Assembly (NCBI GenBank): GCA_963796685.1
Contig: CAWCMR010000005.1
Span: 361,513 to 425,512, forward strand
DNA length: 64,000 bases
Direction of reading: 5' to 3'
From: an uncultured delta proteobacterium
Lineage (GTDB): Bacteria; Myxococcota_A; Polyangia; Fen-1088
Part shown: piece by piece, positions 1 through 10,130 of the stretch
Numbering within the stretch: position 1 is the first letter of the stretch
Layout: each line of letters starts with the position of its first letter
Made by a program: the position numbers and the translations under genes
The notes under the pieces: model-generated
Database searches by the model: none
Seen by the model: only the letters and a program-made list of their open reading frames with translations
What the model was told of the DNA's origin: nothing

Positions 1-119
1 TTTGGCCACCGGCGGTGGCCAAATTCGCGAGACCCGCATGAAGGAATTTTCTCCGAGAAACCCGAAATGCCCGCGTTCATGCCAAGAGCAAGACGTCAAC
101 GCCGCGCAGTCAGGCTCCC

Positions 120-152
120 GGTCACGAGCCGCCCGCGAGCAAGCTCGTGACC
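120..152. terminator. Hairpin downstream of the MNT gene, possible terminator or repeat remnant
   Basis: GGTCACGAGC...GCTCGTGACC 10-bp inverted repeat just past the stop of 166-450(-); no clear U-tract. Confidence 0.3.
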
Positions 153-165
153 GCAGTTTGGAGCT

Positions 166-450
166 TCACAGGGCCACGGCCTCGGCCAAGATGCGACTGC
201 GAAGATGCGGGCTGAGCCCATCGTCCGTCACCACGTCCACGGCGCGTCCCAGTATCCCCACGAGATCCTGCTCGATCCCGATGAGATCCAGGAGCGTGCG
301 TCCCGGTTCCATATCTACGAGCAAGTCGACATCGCTCGCGTTCTTCGCTTGGCCACGCGCCATCGACCCGAAAAGGCGCGGATTTCTCCCCCCATGCCGG
401 GCAACGACAGCCAAGACCTCGGCGCGCTTGCTAAGGAGAACCTCGTCCAT
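166..450 (-). CDS. Minimal nucleotidyltransferase (MNT/MntA-type antitoxin); no HEPN partner visible
   Basis: 94 aa, LFGSMARG...SDVDLLVD motif, C-terminal VDVVT...ILAEAVAL typical of MNT. Confidence 0.85.
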   Translation of the reverse strand: MDEVLLSKRAEVLAVVARHGGRNPRLFGSMARGQAKNASDVDLLVDMEPGRTLLDLIGIEQDLVGILGRAVDVVTDDGLSPHLRSRILAEAVAL

Positions 451-688
451 GACGCCAATTCTAGCACCTGAAGAAGGCCGAGGATCGAAGCCGAGCTGCG
501 TGGCGAATCTTGGACCAGTAGTGACAAAGAGGTGGCGTAGGGTGGTGACGACGTTGAACGGAGGACTCAGGTGAGCTTCGAAGGACTATTCAGAAAATCG
601 ACAGGATTCGATCTAGTTGGGCACCGGGGGCGCCTAGCCGATCCGGCCCGCGGCCCGGCTGTTGTCCCTGTGGTGACTGGAGGATGCG

Positions 689-3424
689 ATGGCCGATAGT
701 TCTCCTGCCAAGAGCTTCACGGAATTCTTTAGCGTGGCCACTCGCGGCTTCTCACCATACGATTGGCAGCGCCTGGTGGCGCTCGATGGTCTGCCGGAGG
801 TTCTGCCAGTGCCGACCGGGCTCGGGAAGACCGAGATTGCCCTCGCATGGGCTTGGCGACGGCTTGTGGCCGCTCGGCCGGAACCGCTTCACCTCGTCTA
901 CTGCCTACCGATGCGCAGCCTTGTGACGCAGACGACGCAGCGCCTTCGGGGGTACTTCGACCTTATCCGAACCCATGACGCCAGGTTAGATGTGGGCGTT
1001 CATCAGCTCATGGGCGGTGCGATCGATGAGGAGTGGGCGCGATGGCCAGAGAAGCCTTGGATCCTTGTTGGCACGCAAGACCAGCTCCTGTCCCGGGCGC
1101 TCAACCGTGGGTACGCGATGAGCCGTTTCGAGTGGCCAGTACACTTCGGGCTACTCAACAACGATTGCCGTTGGGTCATCGACGAAGTCCAGCTCATGGG
1201 ACCGGGGCTCTGGACGTCCTCCCAGCTCGACTGGATGCGAAGAAAGCGGTTTCCAGCGTTGAAGCCCTGCCTCACAACCTGGATGAGCGCTACCGTCGGC
1301 ACCTCCTTTCTGAGCACCACCGACCGCGCGCGCGAGGGAATTGGCGAGGCGTCACCTGCGCAGGTCGAGTTCGAGGGAAAGCTGAAGGAGTCACTCGATG
1401 CCGATCAAGGTCTCTCGTGGTGGCGTGAGGCGAGGCGGCCAGTCGAATGGACGAAGGCCAACACGGCAGATCGTCTTTCGGACGAAGTGCTCAAAGCACA
1501 TGAGGCGGGGACGCTTTCGCTCATCATCTGCAACACCGTGAACATGGCTCGCGACGTATTCCGCATTTTGTCGGTGGAGCACAAGGTTCTGCTCACGTCC
1601 CGCTTCCGCCGAGGAGACCGCGTTGTGCACGAGCAGCGGCTCCTCGACTTCGATGCGACCCGAAAGGCCGGCAAGCTGCCGAAAGACCACCCAGGCCTCA
1701 TCTGCGTGAGCACCCAGGTGATCGAGGCGGGCGTGGACATCTCGGCGCATCGGCTCTGGTCCGAGCTTGCGCCGTGGCCCTCGGTGCTTCAGCGCCTCGG
1801 TCGCCTCAATCGAAAAGGAGACGATCAAGGCGCTTGTGCATGGCTCTGGGAGACGCCGAAGGAGAAGGGGCACGGCACGACCGACCGGATCGGTCCATAC
1901 GAAAGCTCGGACATCGCGCGCGCGAAGAAACTCGTCGAAGGGATGTCGCCGCTCTCGCGGGAGAAGCCATTCCCCGAGGCGGTCGCTGAGCTGGAAACGC
2001 AGGCTGCGAAGGATGTGCGCGAAGCGCTGCAACCAAAGCTGAGCCCTCTTCCACGCGCGATCGACGTCCATGGGCTGTTCTCCACCGAGCGTGACGTTCA
2101 CGGTGGTTTCACCGATGTGAGCGCCTTCGTGCGTGGGACTGACCCCGATCTCGACGTGACAGTCTTCTGGCGCGACTGGTCAGGTGACAGCCCGCCGCGC
2201 GGTGATGACCTCGACGGACTTCTGATCGATCCAGCGAGCGAGGGTTGCCCCGTGTCCTTCCCGCGTGTTCGGACGATGCTGGAGAACGGCAAGAGCAAGG
2301 CTTGGCTGTGGAACGACGAGGCCGACCGCTGGGAGCGCGCGAACCACTGGGAGATACACCCCGGCATGCTCGTCATGCTGAAACGCGACGTGGGCGGCTA
2401 CGACGCGACCGAGGGGTGGACGGGAGACATGTCGAACGTTCTCCCCGACGTGCCGCGCGCGGGGCGTGGCACGACCTTGCGAGACGATGCCTGGACGGAG
2501 ATCGGCTACTGGTCGCGACTCCAGGACCATCTCAATGACGCCCGTCGCGAGGCAGAGGCATTGTGCAAGACGCTTGGGCTGAACGGTGACTTGCGTACAG
2601 CGGTCATCCAAGCTTCGGGGCTTCACGACCTCGGCAAGGCGCATCCCCAGTGGCAGGCCGCGTTACCCGATCGCTCTGGTATTCCCGCCGCACTACTCGC
2701 CAAGAGTCCGCGCGTGCTAGCGGTCGATGTGGTGGGCGAAGCCGCCGCAGTTCGAAGCCAAGTCCTTCGGCTTCGGCCGGTGGCGCTGTCGCTGCCCGAC
2801 GAAGCGCGGAAACGCGACCGCAAAGAGGTCGTCCGACTCCGGTGGGCCATCGACGACAAGCTGGCCGAGAAGGACCTGAGCTCGCTGCGAGAGATCTCCG
2901 TCGTTCTCTGGGCAGGGCATGTGCAATTCCGCCCCGGCCTGCGCCACGAGGCGGCCTCCGCGCTCGCGATGTGGCGGAAGTACCGCGACGGCGGCGACAC
3001 GTATCCTGCCCTTGCTGTCTACCTGGCAGCGACCCACCACGGAAAGGTGCGTACGGTGCTGCGATCGACCACTGGCGAGCCCAATGATGTGTTTGGCGTC
3101 CGTACCGAGCCCAGCTCCCTGGTGCTTGGCTCGGAGCAGTGGCCGCTCGACTTCTCGATCACCAAGGACGGGGCCGAGGGCCGCTGGGAGGGCAACGAGT
3201 TCGTGCTGACGGGGCACGGCTGGACTGGCCTAGTCGCTGATCTGCTCGGCCCCTGGCGACCGGAAGAGGCGGGCGATGCCGGCGTCGTGCCGGAGACCGA
3301 GCCGCGCCATCTTGGGCCGTTCGCTTTGGCATATCTGGAGGCACTCGTCCGTATCGCCGACTGGCGAGCGAGTGCCAACCCGAGCGCGAGTATCAAACCA
3401 AGCGAGGTGCGTCGTGGCGGCTGA
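689..3424 (+). CDS. cas3: Type I-G CRISPR helicase-nuclease Cas3 (SF2 helicase with C-terminal HD domain)
   Basis: PTGLGKT, IDEVQL, MSAT, STQVIEAGVD, QRLGRLNR; C-terminal HDLGK, RHE, HHG, IADWRAS; GGAGG RBS upstream. Confidence 0.95.
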   Translation: MADSSPAKSFTEFFSVATRGFSPYDWQRLVALDGLPEVLPVPTGLGKTEIALAWAWRRLVAARPEPLHLVYCLPMRSLVTQTTQRLRGYFDLIRTHDARLDVGVHQLMGGAIDEEWARWPEKPWILVGTQDQLLSRALNRGYAMSRFEWPVHFGLLNNDCRWVIDEVQLMGPGLWTSSQLDWMRRKRFPALKPCLTTWMSATVGTSFLSTTDRAREGIGEASPAQVEFEGKLKESLDADQGLSWWREARRPVEWTKANTADRLSDEVLKAHEAGTLSLIICNTVNMARDVFRILSVEHKVLLTSRFRRGDRVVHEQRLLDFDATRKAGKLPKDHPGLICVSTQVIEAGVDISAHRLWSELAPWPSVLQRLGRLNRKGDDQGACAWLWETPKEKGHGTTDRIGPYESSDIARAKKLVEGMSPLSREKPFPEAVAELETQAAKDVREALQPKLSPLPRAIDVHGLFSTERDVHGGFTDVSAFVRGTDPDLDVTVFWRDWSGDSPPRGDDLDGLLIDPASEGCPVSFPRVRTMLENGKSKAWLWNDEADRWERANHWEIHPGMLVMLKRDVGGYDATEGWTGDMSNVLPDVPRAGRGTTLRDDAWTEIGYWSRLQDHLNDARREAEALCKTLGLNGDLRTAVIQASGLHDLGKAHPQWQAALPDRSGIPAALLAKSPRVLAVDVVGEAAAVRSQVLRLRPVALSLPDEARKRDRKEVVRLRWAIDDKLAEKDLSSLREISVVLWAGHVQFRPGLRHEAASALAMWRKYRDGGDTYPALAVYLAATHHGKVRTVLRSTTGEPNDVFGVRTEPSSLVLGSEQWPLDFSITKDGAEGRWEGNEFVLTGHGWTGLVADLLGPWRPEEAGDAGVVPETEPRHLGPFALAYLEALVRIADWRASANPSASIKPSEVRRGG

Positions 3425-5558
3425 GCTTCGTCTTCCGGTTCTGGCACTACCCGGCCTGTCTCCCGACAGCCTCGGTAACTACCTCGCGTCCCTCGGCCTC
3501 CTACGCGTTCTCAGCCGGAAGTGGCCAAGCACGCGCATCGCATGGCGCGACGAGGTGCTGCAGGTTGTGGGCGGGCCTGCGTCGCTGGATGAGTTGCTCG
3601 ACGAGCTCGTGCGAGTCGCAGGCGAACGTACGTGGACCGAGTACGACAAAGCGTGGTCTGATGCGCAGAAGAAGGGCACGAAGGCCAAGTCAGGAGAGCC
3701 GCTGGCGCTCTGGCAGGCGCAGGCGGACGAGAACCATCTTGGGTTGTTCGCGGCGCACGTAGTGCCGCACACCCGCGCCTTCAACCCGCTTCTCGGAACT
3801 GGTGGAAATGCCGGACGGCGGGACTTCGCGGCGGGATGGAGGCAAGCGGTCGATGCTCTCGCTACGGCCCGCACGAGCAAACCGAAGAAGTCCAAAGGAC
3901 GCGGGAAGAGGGCTTCGGTCTCCGATGGCGATGCAGACAACGATCCCGACGACAGGCGGAAGGAGCTGGGAGCGTTCCTCCTCGGGCAACCGGTCACCTG
4001 GCTGCTCGAGAAGCTCGGAGCTGGTTCCTGGTTCAGCGAGGCGACGAAGCTCTATAACAGCGGCCAGTCGCCGGCTCGCGAAGGGCAGATCTCGCCTTGG
4101 GCGATGGCAATCGCATGCGAGGGCTTGGCGCTCCTCGCCGGTGGTCCCTCCCGCCGGCTCGGTTCTCGCTCACGTATCGCCGGAGCATTCCCCTTCGTAA
4201 CTCAGCCCGCCGCATCCGAGAAGGCGGGCGAGGTGGATCGTGTGCGTGCAGAGATCTGGGCGCCGTTGTGGCAGCGACCCATGACTATCGCCGAGACGGC
4301 GACGCTACTCCTGCGTGGTCGAGCGGAGCTGCACGGAAGAGGCGCGCTGACATCAGCCGCCTTCGCGACAGCTATTCGAAAGAGGGGCGTAGACGCTGGC
4401 GTCAGCGAGTTTCGCCGCTTCACGCTCGGCAGGACGACGAGCGCCAACACATTTGAGCCGCGGTTCGAGGCCCGCTTCCCCCTCGATGCCAATATTGATG
4501 CGGCGGGCGCGGCGACTTCAATCGCACTCGAACGCATCACCGCGCTGATCGAACAGCGCGGGTTCCCAAGAGACGGTAAGCGATTTGCTGGCCTTCGTGG
4601 CCCTATCGAGGCCGCGCTACTCGACGTCGCAGCCGAGCTTCAGCGTTCAGAGGCGGCGATCGCGTTGCTCGACGCGATCACCGGGGCACTGGACCGCATC
4701 GACCGCAATCGCAGCTTCCGCGCGGGCAAGGTCCGCTGGGAGCCGCTGCCCCTTGAGTGGCTACCTTCGCTGTTCGCCGACGAGCGGCCCGCGGTCGAAG
4801 CGCGGCTAGCTCTGTCGGTCGTGTCGGCCTTCCCGGCCGCACAGCCCTTCGCGACGTATCGCTTCGGTGTCGAGTGGGGCTTTGGCCGCTATGAGCACAC
4901 GGAGCGACCGCCCGCCCGCTGGATTTGGGGCCCCGGCCCACTTGCCCGTGTCCTTGGGACGCTTCTGTCACGAAGGCTCCTTGACGAGGCGACCGCAGAG
5001 GGGGACAGCGTCTGGGCCCAGGGCCGCGCGCCTTTGCCTGCCACGACGGCACACGTCCATCTGTGGCTCACCAACGAGATCGACGAGTCGCTATTGGCAT
5101 CGTGGCTCTCACGGCTCGCGCTCTTCGACTGGCGGAAGGTACCTCAACAGATGCGCTCGCTCCTCAGTGGTCAGGCCACGGCTCCGCGAGCCGATGGCCA
5201 GCTGGCATTGCTGGGGCTCATGCAGCCCCTCGTTGATCGGCGGGCCTTGGTCGTTCGAAGTCTGTCGCCGAGCGACCTCCTCTCCGATGCCACAGGCGCA
5301 CGCACGACAGCGGCCGCGCGATCCCTCGTCACGCTGATCCGCTCGGGAGACATCGACACCGCCGTGAGGCTCGCGAGCAGCCGCTACGCGATGGCCGGCG
5401 CGCGCCTCGCATCGTTCGGCGTCCCTTGGCGTGCTCGTGACACGGACCATCTCGGCGCGGCCTTTCTCTTCACCATTCCTGACCGCGATCGGGCGGTCCT
5501 TTTCGAACGCTGGCTTCGTCCTCGACGCCGGCAGCAAGGAGACCAAGCACATGTCTGA
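3414..5558 (+). CDS. cas8g: Type I-G large subunit Cas8g (Csx17/Cas8u)
   Basis: N-terminal LGNYLASLGLLRVL, FNPLLGTGGNAGRRDF, AFPF, EIWAPLW, RGVDAGVSEFRRF; GTG start overlapping the end of cas3. Confidence 0.88.
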   Translation: MAAELRLPVLALPGLSPDSLGNYLASLGLLRVLSRKWPSTRIAWRDEVLQVVGGPASLDELLDELVRVAGERTWTEYDKAWSDAQKKGTKAKSGEPLALWQAQADENHLGLFAAHVVPHTRAFNPLLGTGGNAGRRDFAAGWRQAVDALATARTSKPKKSKGRGKRASVSDGDADNDPDDRRKELGAFLLGQPVTWLLEKLGAGSWFSEATKLYNSGQSPAREGQISPWAMAIACEGLALLAGGPSRRLGSRSRIAGAFPFVTQPAASEKAGEVDRVRAEIWAPLWQRPMTIAETATLLLRGRAELHGRGALTSAAFATAIRKRGVDAGVSEFRRFTLGRTTSANTFEPRFEARFPLDANIDAAGAATSIALERITALIEQRGFPRDGKRFAGLRGPIEAALLDVAAELQRSEAAIALLDAITGALDRIDRNRSFRAGKVRWEPLPLEWLPSLFADERPAVEARLALSVVSAFPAAQPFATYRFGVEWGFGRYEHTERPPARWIWGPGPLARVLGTLLSRRLLDEATAEGDSVWAQGRAPLPATTAHVHLWLTNEIDESLLASWLSRLALFDWRKVPQQMRSLLSGQATAPRADGQLALLGLMQPLVDRRALVVRSLSPSDLLSDATGARTTAAARSLVTLIRSGDIDTAVRLASSRYAMAGARLASFGVPWRARDTDHLGAAFLFTIPDRDRAVLFERWLRPRRRQQGDQAHV

Positions 5559-6729
5559 AACAGAGAATACTAAGCTGACCCCAAGCGAGGTTCTGAAGAG
5601 CGAGTCGCCACTCATCCTAACGGCAACTCTCGAGCCGATTGTTGGCGACCGGTTCCAACCTGCCGGATTCCCCGAGATCGGCCATGTCATCTACAAGGCA
5701 CCTCGTAAGGAAGGCACTACCGAGAACGTCTGCATCGTCGATAGCGCCGCCAGCATGGCCAACCATCTCGAGTCGGTCTGCCAGCGCGGCCCGCACGACC
5801 TCGATCTCGTCGAGGACCTCGACGGCATGCCCCACATCCGATGCGTCACGGGCGACCCGAAGGATAAGAAGCTGCCGACCGAAAGCCGCGAGGTTGTCGT
5901 CACAAGTCTCACGGAGGGCCACCGCATCGCATCCTCCTATTTCGTCGATGGGATTGTTCTGAACCAAGACGGAAAGAGGGAGGTGAGGAAGAGCAAAGAA
6001 GGCAAGGATGAGCCTCTGACACTAGAGCGTGACCTCATCGACAAACTCGGCATCGTCCTGCCCGGAAGCTCAAGAGCGCACCCCACGGCTGACAAGTGGT
6101 GGGCTGTCTTCAAGACCATCTTCGAACTCGACCCGAACTCACTCGTCCACGGCGTGCTCTTTCCGCAGTGGCAGATCAAGATCCCCCGCGCACTCACAGC
6201 GCATCTCGAGGCTTTCGGCGCCGGCCGTGTCGATCGCTCCGGCGTCAAGTTCGACAGGTTGGGAAAGACGACCTCCGGCCAGCCGATCTTCGCGATCGAC
6301 GATGCCATCGCAGAGTCGATTCGTGCAACCTTCGTCCTGGACGTCAGCCTGATCCGCTCATTTGGGCGAACGAAGAAGGAAGGCGACACGGAAACGCAGC
6401 TCGGCCTATCGAAGCCGCAGCAGGAGTTCCTCGTCGCGCTCGCCCTGTGGAAGATCCAGAAGCTCGTCGAGTCCCCGTTCCGTTTCAGGTCCGGCTGCCA
6501 CTTGCGTTGCACGAGCCTCACGAGCGGCAAGCGAGAGGTCTCGATCCACCCCGACATCAAACACGCGATCAAAGCTGCTGCTTTTCGAAGCCAGGAACCC
6601 GGTGACGGTGCTCCAAAGCTCCCGATCATCACCGACGTGTTCTGGCCTCGTGACGAGCTGTATCGGGAAGGCCAGGCCGAGAGCGCCAATACCCCAAAGA
6701 GTGACGACGATACGCCGGAAGAGGCGTGA
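5551..6729 (+). CDS. cas7: Type I-G backbone subunit Cas7 (Csb1)
   Basis: RFQPAGFPEIG, IVDSAASMANHLE, HRIAS, DPNSLVHGV, RFRSGCHL; ATG at 5551 overlapping the cas8g end. Confidence 0.88.
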   Translation: MSETENTKLTPSEVLKSESPLILTATLEPIVGDRFQPAGFPEIGHVIYKAPRKEGTTENVCIVDSAASMANHLESVCQRGPHDLDLVEDLDGMPHIRCVTGDPKDKKLPTESREVVVTSLTEGHRIASSYFVDGIVLNQDGKREVRKSKEGKDEPLTLERDLIDKLGIVLPGSSRAHPTADKWWAVFKTIFELDPNSLVHGVLFPQWQIKIPRALTAHLEAFGAGRVDRSGVKFDRLGKTTSGQPIFAIDDAIAESIRATFVLDVSLIRSFGRTKKEGDTETQLGLSKPQQEFLVALALWKIQKLVESPFRFRSGCHLRCTSLTSGKREVSIHPDIKHAIKAAAFRSQEPGDGAPKLPIITDVFWPRDELYREGQAESANTPKSDDDTPEEA

Positions 6730-8552
6730 TGCTGGTCGTTCTTCGCCAGGAATTTCCACTGGGGCGCTTTCACGCCACCCCGTGGCGTGTGAACCCATTC
6801 GACGACCCTCACGGCGAATGGCCTCCGAGCCCTTGGCGGTTGGTCCGTGCCGTCACCGCGCGCTGGTACCAGTGGACGCGCGAGGAGCAATCCGCCCCGG
6901 ACATCGCCGAGCTTGAGCGCTTGCAGGCCGCGCTGTGCGCGAGCACGTATGCTTTTCAGCTTCCCACAGACGCGCGGAAAGGCAGCCCACTCAGGCAGTA
7001 CCATCCGACCGAGTTCAAGATGGATCCGCCGAACTGGAGGCACGTCGCCCGCTTTCAACGCGCCGTAGGGAGCACGGCGGGCAGCAACGAAGCCGCGACC
7101 TCGAAGGACAAGAAGGCCAGGTCAAAGGCCGCTCGGAGCAAGCAAGCGACGCCGGAGGAGAAAGCCAACGAAGAGGCCAGGAAGAAGATCAAGGACCTCA
7201 AGGGCGTGAAGCTCGTCGAGGAGAAGCACGATGGTCGTCTGGAATGGGAGGTAACGGTCAAAGACAAGGACGCAGACGAGAGCAAGAAGAGAGTCCAGGA
7301 GATCCTCGGTGTTCCGATGGGTTCTTGGCAGAGAGTGGCAGATGCCGGATCTCGCGGTTATGGGACGAGTCTTGTCCAGGACAACTACTGGTGCGTCCCT
7401 CCAGAAGAGCCGGTATGGTGGTTCATCGAAGGTGACTCGTGGACGCCCCAACTCGTCACGGCGCTTGAGCAGTGCCTCTCACGCATGACCTACTTCGGAA
7501 GGGCCGAGACGCTCACGCGCATTCGCTGCGCGGGTCCACAGGATCCAATCCCTGTACGCAACTGTCGGCTCATCGAAAGACGCGCATCTGCCGCCGTCCC
7601 GGTCCTGACGCCGCTCCAAGGCGCCACGCGGGCCGACATCGAGCGCATCACGGACGATCCGGAATCCGAGAAGCGTGCGGTGCCGCCGGGTGCGATTTTC
7701 CTCTACGCGGTTCGGCCGCCTCGCCCTGCTGCTCGTGAGCGCCGACGAACACCTACTCCTCGGCTCGACTGCCATCTGATGCAGTTTGCATTGGGCTGGA
7801 ACGTCGCCCCCGATCCTCGCGCGATAGTACGGCTGACCTCGCGGTTTCGGGGGGCAATCCTTCGCGAGCTTCTGCACCTCAAGACGGGAGATTCATCGGC
7901 GACGTGGACGCGCGTCGGTCGCGAGGTGCGTGCGTCGATCACGGACATGGCCGGCAAGGACGCGGACAACGCCCCACTCAAGGGACACCGCCACACGGAG
8001 TTCTTCGCTTGGTGCGAGGACGGGCACCCAACGCGTATCGTTGTTTGGAGGGGGGCACGCGTCTTCGATGCTGACGAGCAAGACGCCATCCTGACAGCAG
8101 CGTCCCGCGACGTGTCCTGGGCAGCTGCAGGCTCAGACGCGTACGAGTGGAAGGTGCGCCTCATCCCTCTGGATCGAGATGTTCCTGCGCCGCCTGGATT
8201 CGATGCTCAGCCTTCGATCAGTTGGGAGTCGGTCACGCCCTACGTGCCCCTCCGGCACCATCTTCGTGGCGGCAAGGAGAGGACGGGCGAGTCGATCGCC
8301 GCTCAAATTCGCCGGGAGCTCATACAACGCGGCTTCGCGGACGGCGATCGAGTGGGGGTCCAATGCGAGGAATCCCCGATTTGGGTGTCGGTCCATGTTC
8401 CACGTCGAGAAGCAGACAAACGAGCATTCATCGGCGGTCGCCGTGGCCAGTCATCAGTCCGACTACATTTCCCGGCGCCCGTCGTTGGCCCCATCAGACT
8501 GGGCCACTCTAGTGCCTACGGGCTAGGCCTGTTTCGCCCAACGAAGCTGTGA
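6726..8552 (+). CDS. csb2: Type I-G Cas5-Cas6 fusion Csb2
   Basis: GRFHATPW, EWPPSPWRLVRA, YFGRAET, WESVTPY, C-terminal GPIRLGHSSAYGLGLF Gly loop. Confidence 0.9.
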   Translation: MMLVVLRQEFPLGRFHATPWRVNPFDDPHGEWPPSPWRLVRAVTARWYQWTREEQSAPDIAELERLQAALCASTYAFQLPTDARKGSPLRQYHPTEFKMDPPNWRHVARFQRAVGSTAGSNEAATSKDKKARSKAARSKQATPEEKANEEARKKIKDLKGVKLVEEKHDGRLEWEVTVKDKDADESKKRVQEILGVPMGSWQRVADAGSRGYGTSLVQDNYWCVPPEEPVWWFIEGDSWTPQLVTALEQCLSRMTYFGRAETLTRIRCAGPQDPIPVRNCRLIERRASAAVPVLTPLQGATRADIERITDDPESEKRAVPPGAIFLYAVRPPRPAARERRRTPTPRLDCHLMQFALGWNVAPDPRAIVRLTSRFRGAILRELLHLKTGDSSATWTRVGREVRASITDMAGKDADNAPLKGHRHTEFFAWCEDGHPTRIVVWRGARVFDADEQDAILTAASRDVSWAAAGSDAYEWKVRLIPLDRDVPAPPGFDAQPSISWESVTPYVPLRHHLRGGKERTGESIAAQIRRELIQRGFADGDRVGVQCEESPIWVSVHVPRREADKRAFIGGRRGQSSVRLHFPAPVVGPIRLGHSSAYGLGLFRPTKL

Positions 8553-8642
8553 GTAGTCGGCACTGGCGACAAGATATTTCTGAGGTCCAGCCGCCGCAGC
8601 ACGGCCACGACGCAATCGTCGGCGTACAAGCGAAGGGCCAAC
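8553..8642 (-). pseudogene. N-terminal stub of a DUF5615-type PIN-like toxin
   Basis: Minus strand reads LALRLYADDCV directly after the DUF433 stop, then similarity ends. Confidence 0.45.
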
Positions 8643-8651
8643 GCGCGCTCC

Positions 8652-8880
8652 TTACTTCCTTTGCTCCACCAGCTGGCTTGGATATCGCTTCTGCAATTCC
8701 GCGACTAGACTTTCGGCATTCGCCCAGTCGCTACAGATTAGGTCGTGATGGTCGTAGTAGTACGCCAGCGCCGCATGCACCTCGGCCAACCCGAGGCGCG
8801 GATTGGCCTCCCCAATCTCGTCCGGGGTCACACCCCGGTGCTCGTAGTCGGAGGCGATCAGGCTGACCTTGATATCGGTC
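8652..8880 (-). pseudogene. DUF433-family antitoxin remnant (5'-truncated, frameshifted)
   Basis: Minus strand TDIKVSLIASDYEHRGVTPDEI, frame change, then EANPRLGLAEVHAALAYYYDH...EQRK*. Confidence 0.75.
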
Positions 8881-8883
8881 CGA

Positions 8884-9030
8884 TCAGAGGTGCGTCTTCG
8901 CTTTGAGGGACGCGAGCAGTGCGGGCATGGCGGCCCGATCCTTCTCTCGAGCCGAAGCTTTCTTGCTCGCGATCACTCGCCCGAGGGGAGGGAGCTTCAC
9001 CGTGAAGTCGTCGATTGGGTAGTCGATCAC
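8884..9030 (-). pseudogene. C-terminal fragment of a nucleotidyltransferase-family TA protein
   Basis: LPPLGRVIASKKASAREKDRAAMPAL resembles the C-terminal K..A.R.KD motif; catalytic N-terminus missing. Confidence 0.55.
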
Positions 9031-9272
9031 CGACAGCGAGCGAGGCACCTCGACAGCCTTTCCATGGGAGTGAGGGTGAGGTTGTAGAGGGCGTGCTCGA
9101 TGTCTCCAACGTCGAGCTGGCACCCCGACGAGAGCCGCTTCGCCACCCTGCGCCGATAGAGCCGGTCGGATTTCAACTTTTCGAGCCTGTATTCGGTTCC
9201 CCACCTCGCCCTCGCCCCTTGGCGAGCGATCTCGCTCCGCTTTTCGGAGGTCAGCGAGGCAGCGCGAGCCAA
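9027..9272 (-). CDS. Small basic putative antitoxin ((KGG)LARA...RSEIAR type)
   Basis: LARAASLTSEKRSEIARQGARARW and NLTLTPMERL; stop overlaps the start of the NTase fragment. Confidence 0.55.
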   Translation of the reverse strand: MARAASLTSEKRSEIARQGARARWGTEYRLEKLKSDRLYRRRVAKRLSSGCQLDVGDIEHALYNLTLTPMERLSRCLARCR

Positions 9273-9333
9273 GGTCCTGGTTTTGGCTCAGCATCACCCG
9301 CCCTTCGAGCGGCGGCGAGCATATCGCCCACTT

Positions 9334-9586
9334 TCACCCAATCATCACGCGGCGACAGAACCGCGCGATGTCAGCGTGCGGGATCTGGACGACCGTGGAA
9401 TTGAGCCTTCGGGCATCGCCCTTCAGGGGCACCCCTTTTGCGGTGAGCCGGTCGACCATGCGGAAAACTGTAGCATTGCCACCCGCTGTCCCGCCATCAA
9501 AGCGCCAGCTCCCCCGCTCCGCCCCGACGAGCACGCGGAACGGGGCGAGGAATGCGTCCTGGTCCGTGCGCATCCGCCGAGGCTGG
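9334..9586 (-). pseudogene. Degenerate partial copy of the vapC at 11511-11909
   Basis: 9528-9586 matches 11702-11760 at 54/59 nt; [14 protein letters not shown] and LTAKG shared. Confidence 0.7.
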
Positions 9587-9668
9587 CCAGGGCGACTTCA
9601 CGACACGGATTCTCAACCTCCCGTCTCGGATGCTGAACGCACCCCGTTGCGGTATAGTCCTACCGTCG

Positions 9669-10130
9669 ATGAGCAAGCGTCCAACATTTCGCCGCGCGCC
9701 GGATGAGCTCAAACCCGGGGTCGTCGGAGCATGGCCGACGGACAGGCCGGATCCTGCCTCCGTGGCGACGCAGGTGCACTACCGAGCCAGCGGCGAGCAC
9801 AAGGACTACCCGTCATCGACAGGAAGTTGGACGCTCGGCCCGGTCAGGGCCGACAAGGCCAAGTGCCAGCGGTTCGCCGAAGCGGACTGGCCACTCGTGC
9901 AGGACGCGCTTCGCCAGGCCATTTGCTGTCGTTGCGTAAGTCGCGACTTCCGCGGCAACTTCCCCTCTCGGGTCTGGGCCTTTGTCAACGGTGTGTTGCA
10001 CGAGGCGAGGTTGACCAACGAAGCAGCCGGCGAGTACCACGGCTTTCCCCTCCAGTATGAGGACCAGCAGCCCAAGGATCCGAATAGGATCCTAAGGAAC
10101 GCACCCCATGTCACGATCCCTGTCGATTAA
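9669..10130 (+). CDS. Hypothetical protein, putative nuclease toxin (EHK...FPSRVWA...HEARL...YHGFPL)
   Basis: 153-aa ORF overlapping the next gene; His-rich conserved-looking motifs. Confidence 0.65.
   Translation: MSKRPTFRRAPDELKPGVVGAWPTDRPDPASVATQVHYRASGEHKDYPSSTGSWTLGPVRADKAKCQRFAEADWPLVQDALRQAICCRCVSRDFRGNFPSRVWAFVNGVLHEARLTNEAAGEYHGFPLQYEDQQPKDPNRILRNAPHVTIPVD

Noticed and set aside
451-688. CreTA-like or regulatory mini-array near cas3 or in the cargo region
   Set aside because: No recognisable degenerate copies of the repeat seen outside the array.
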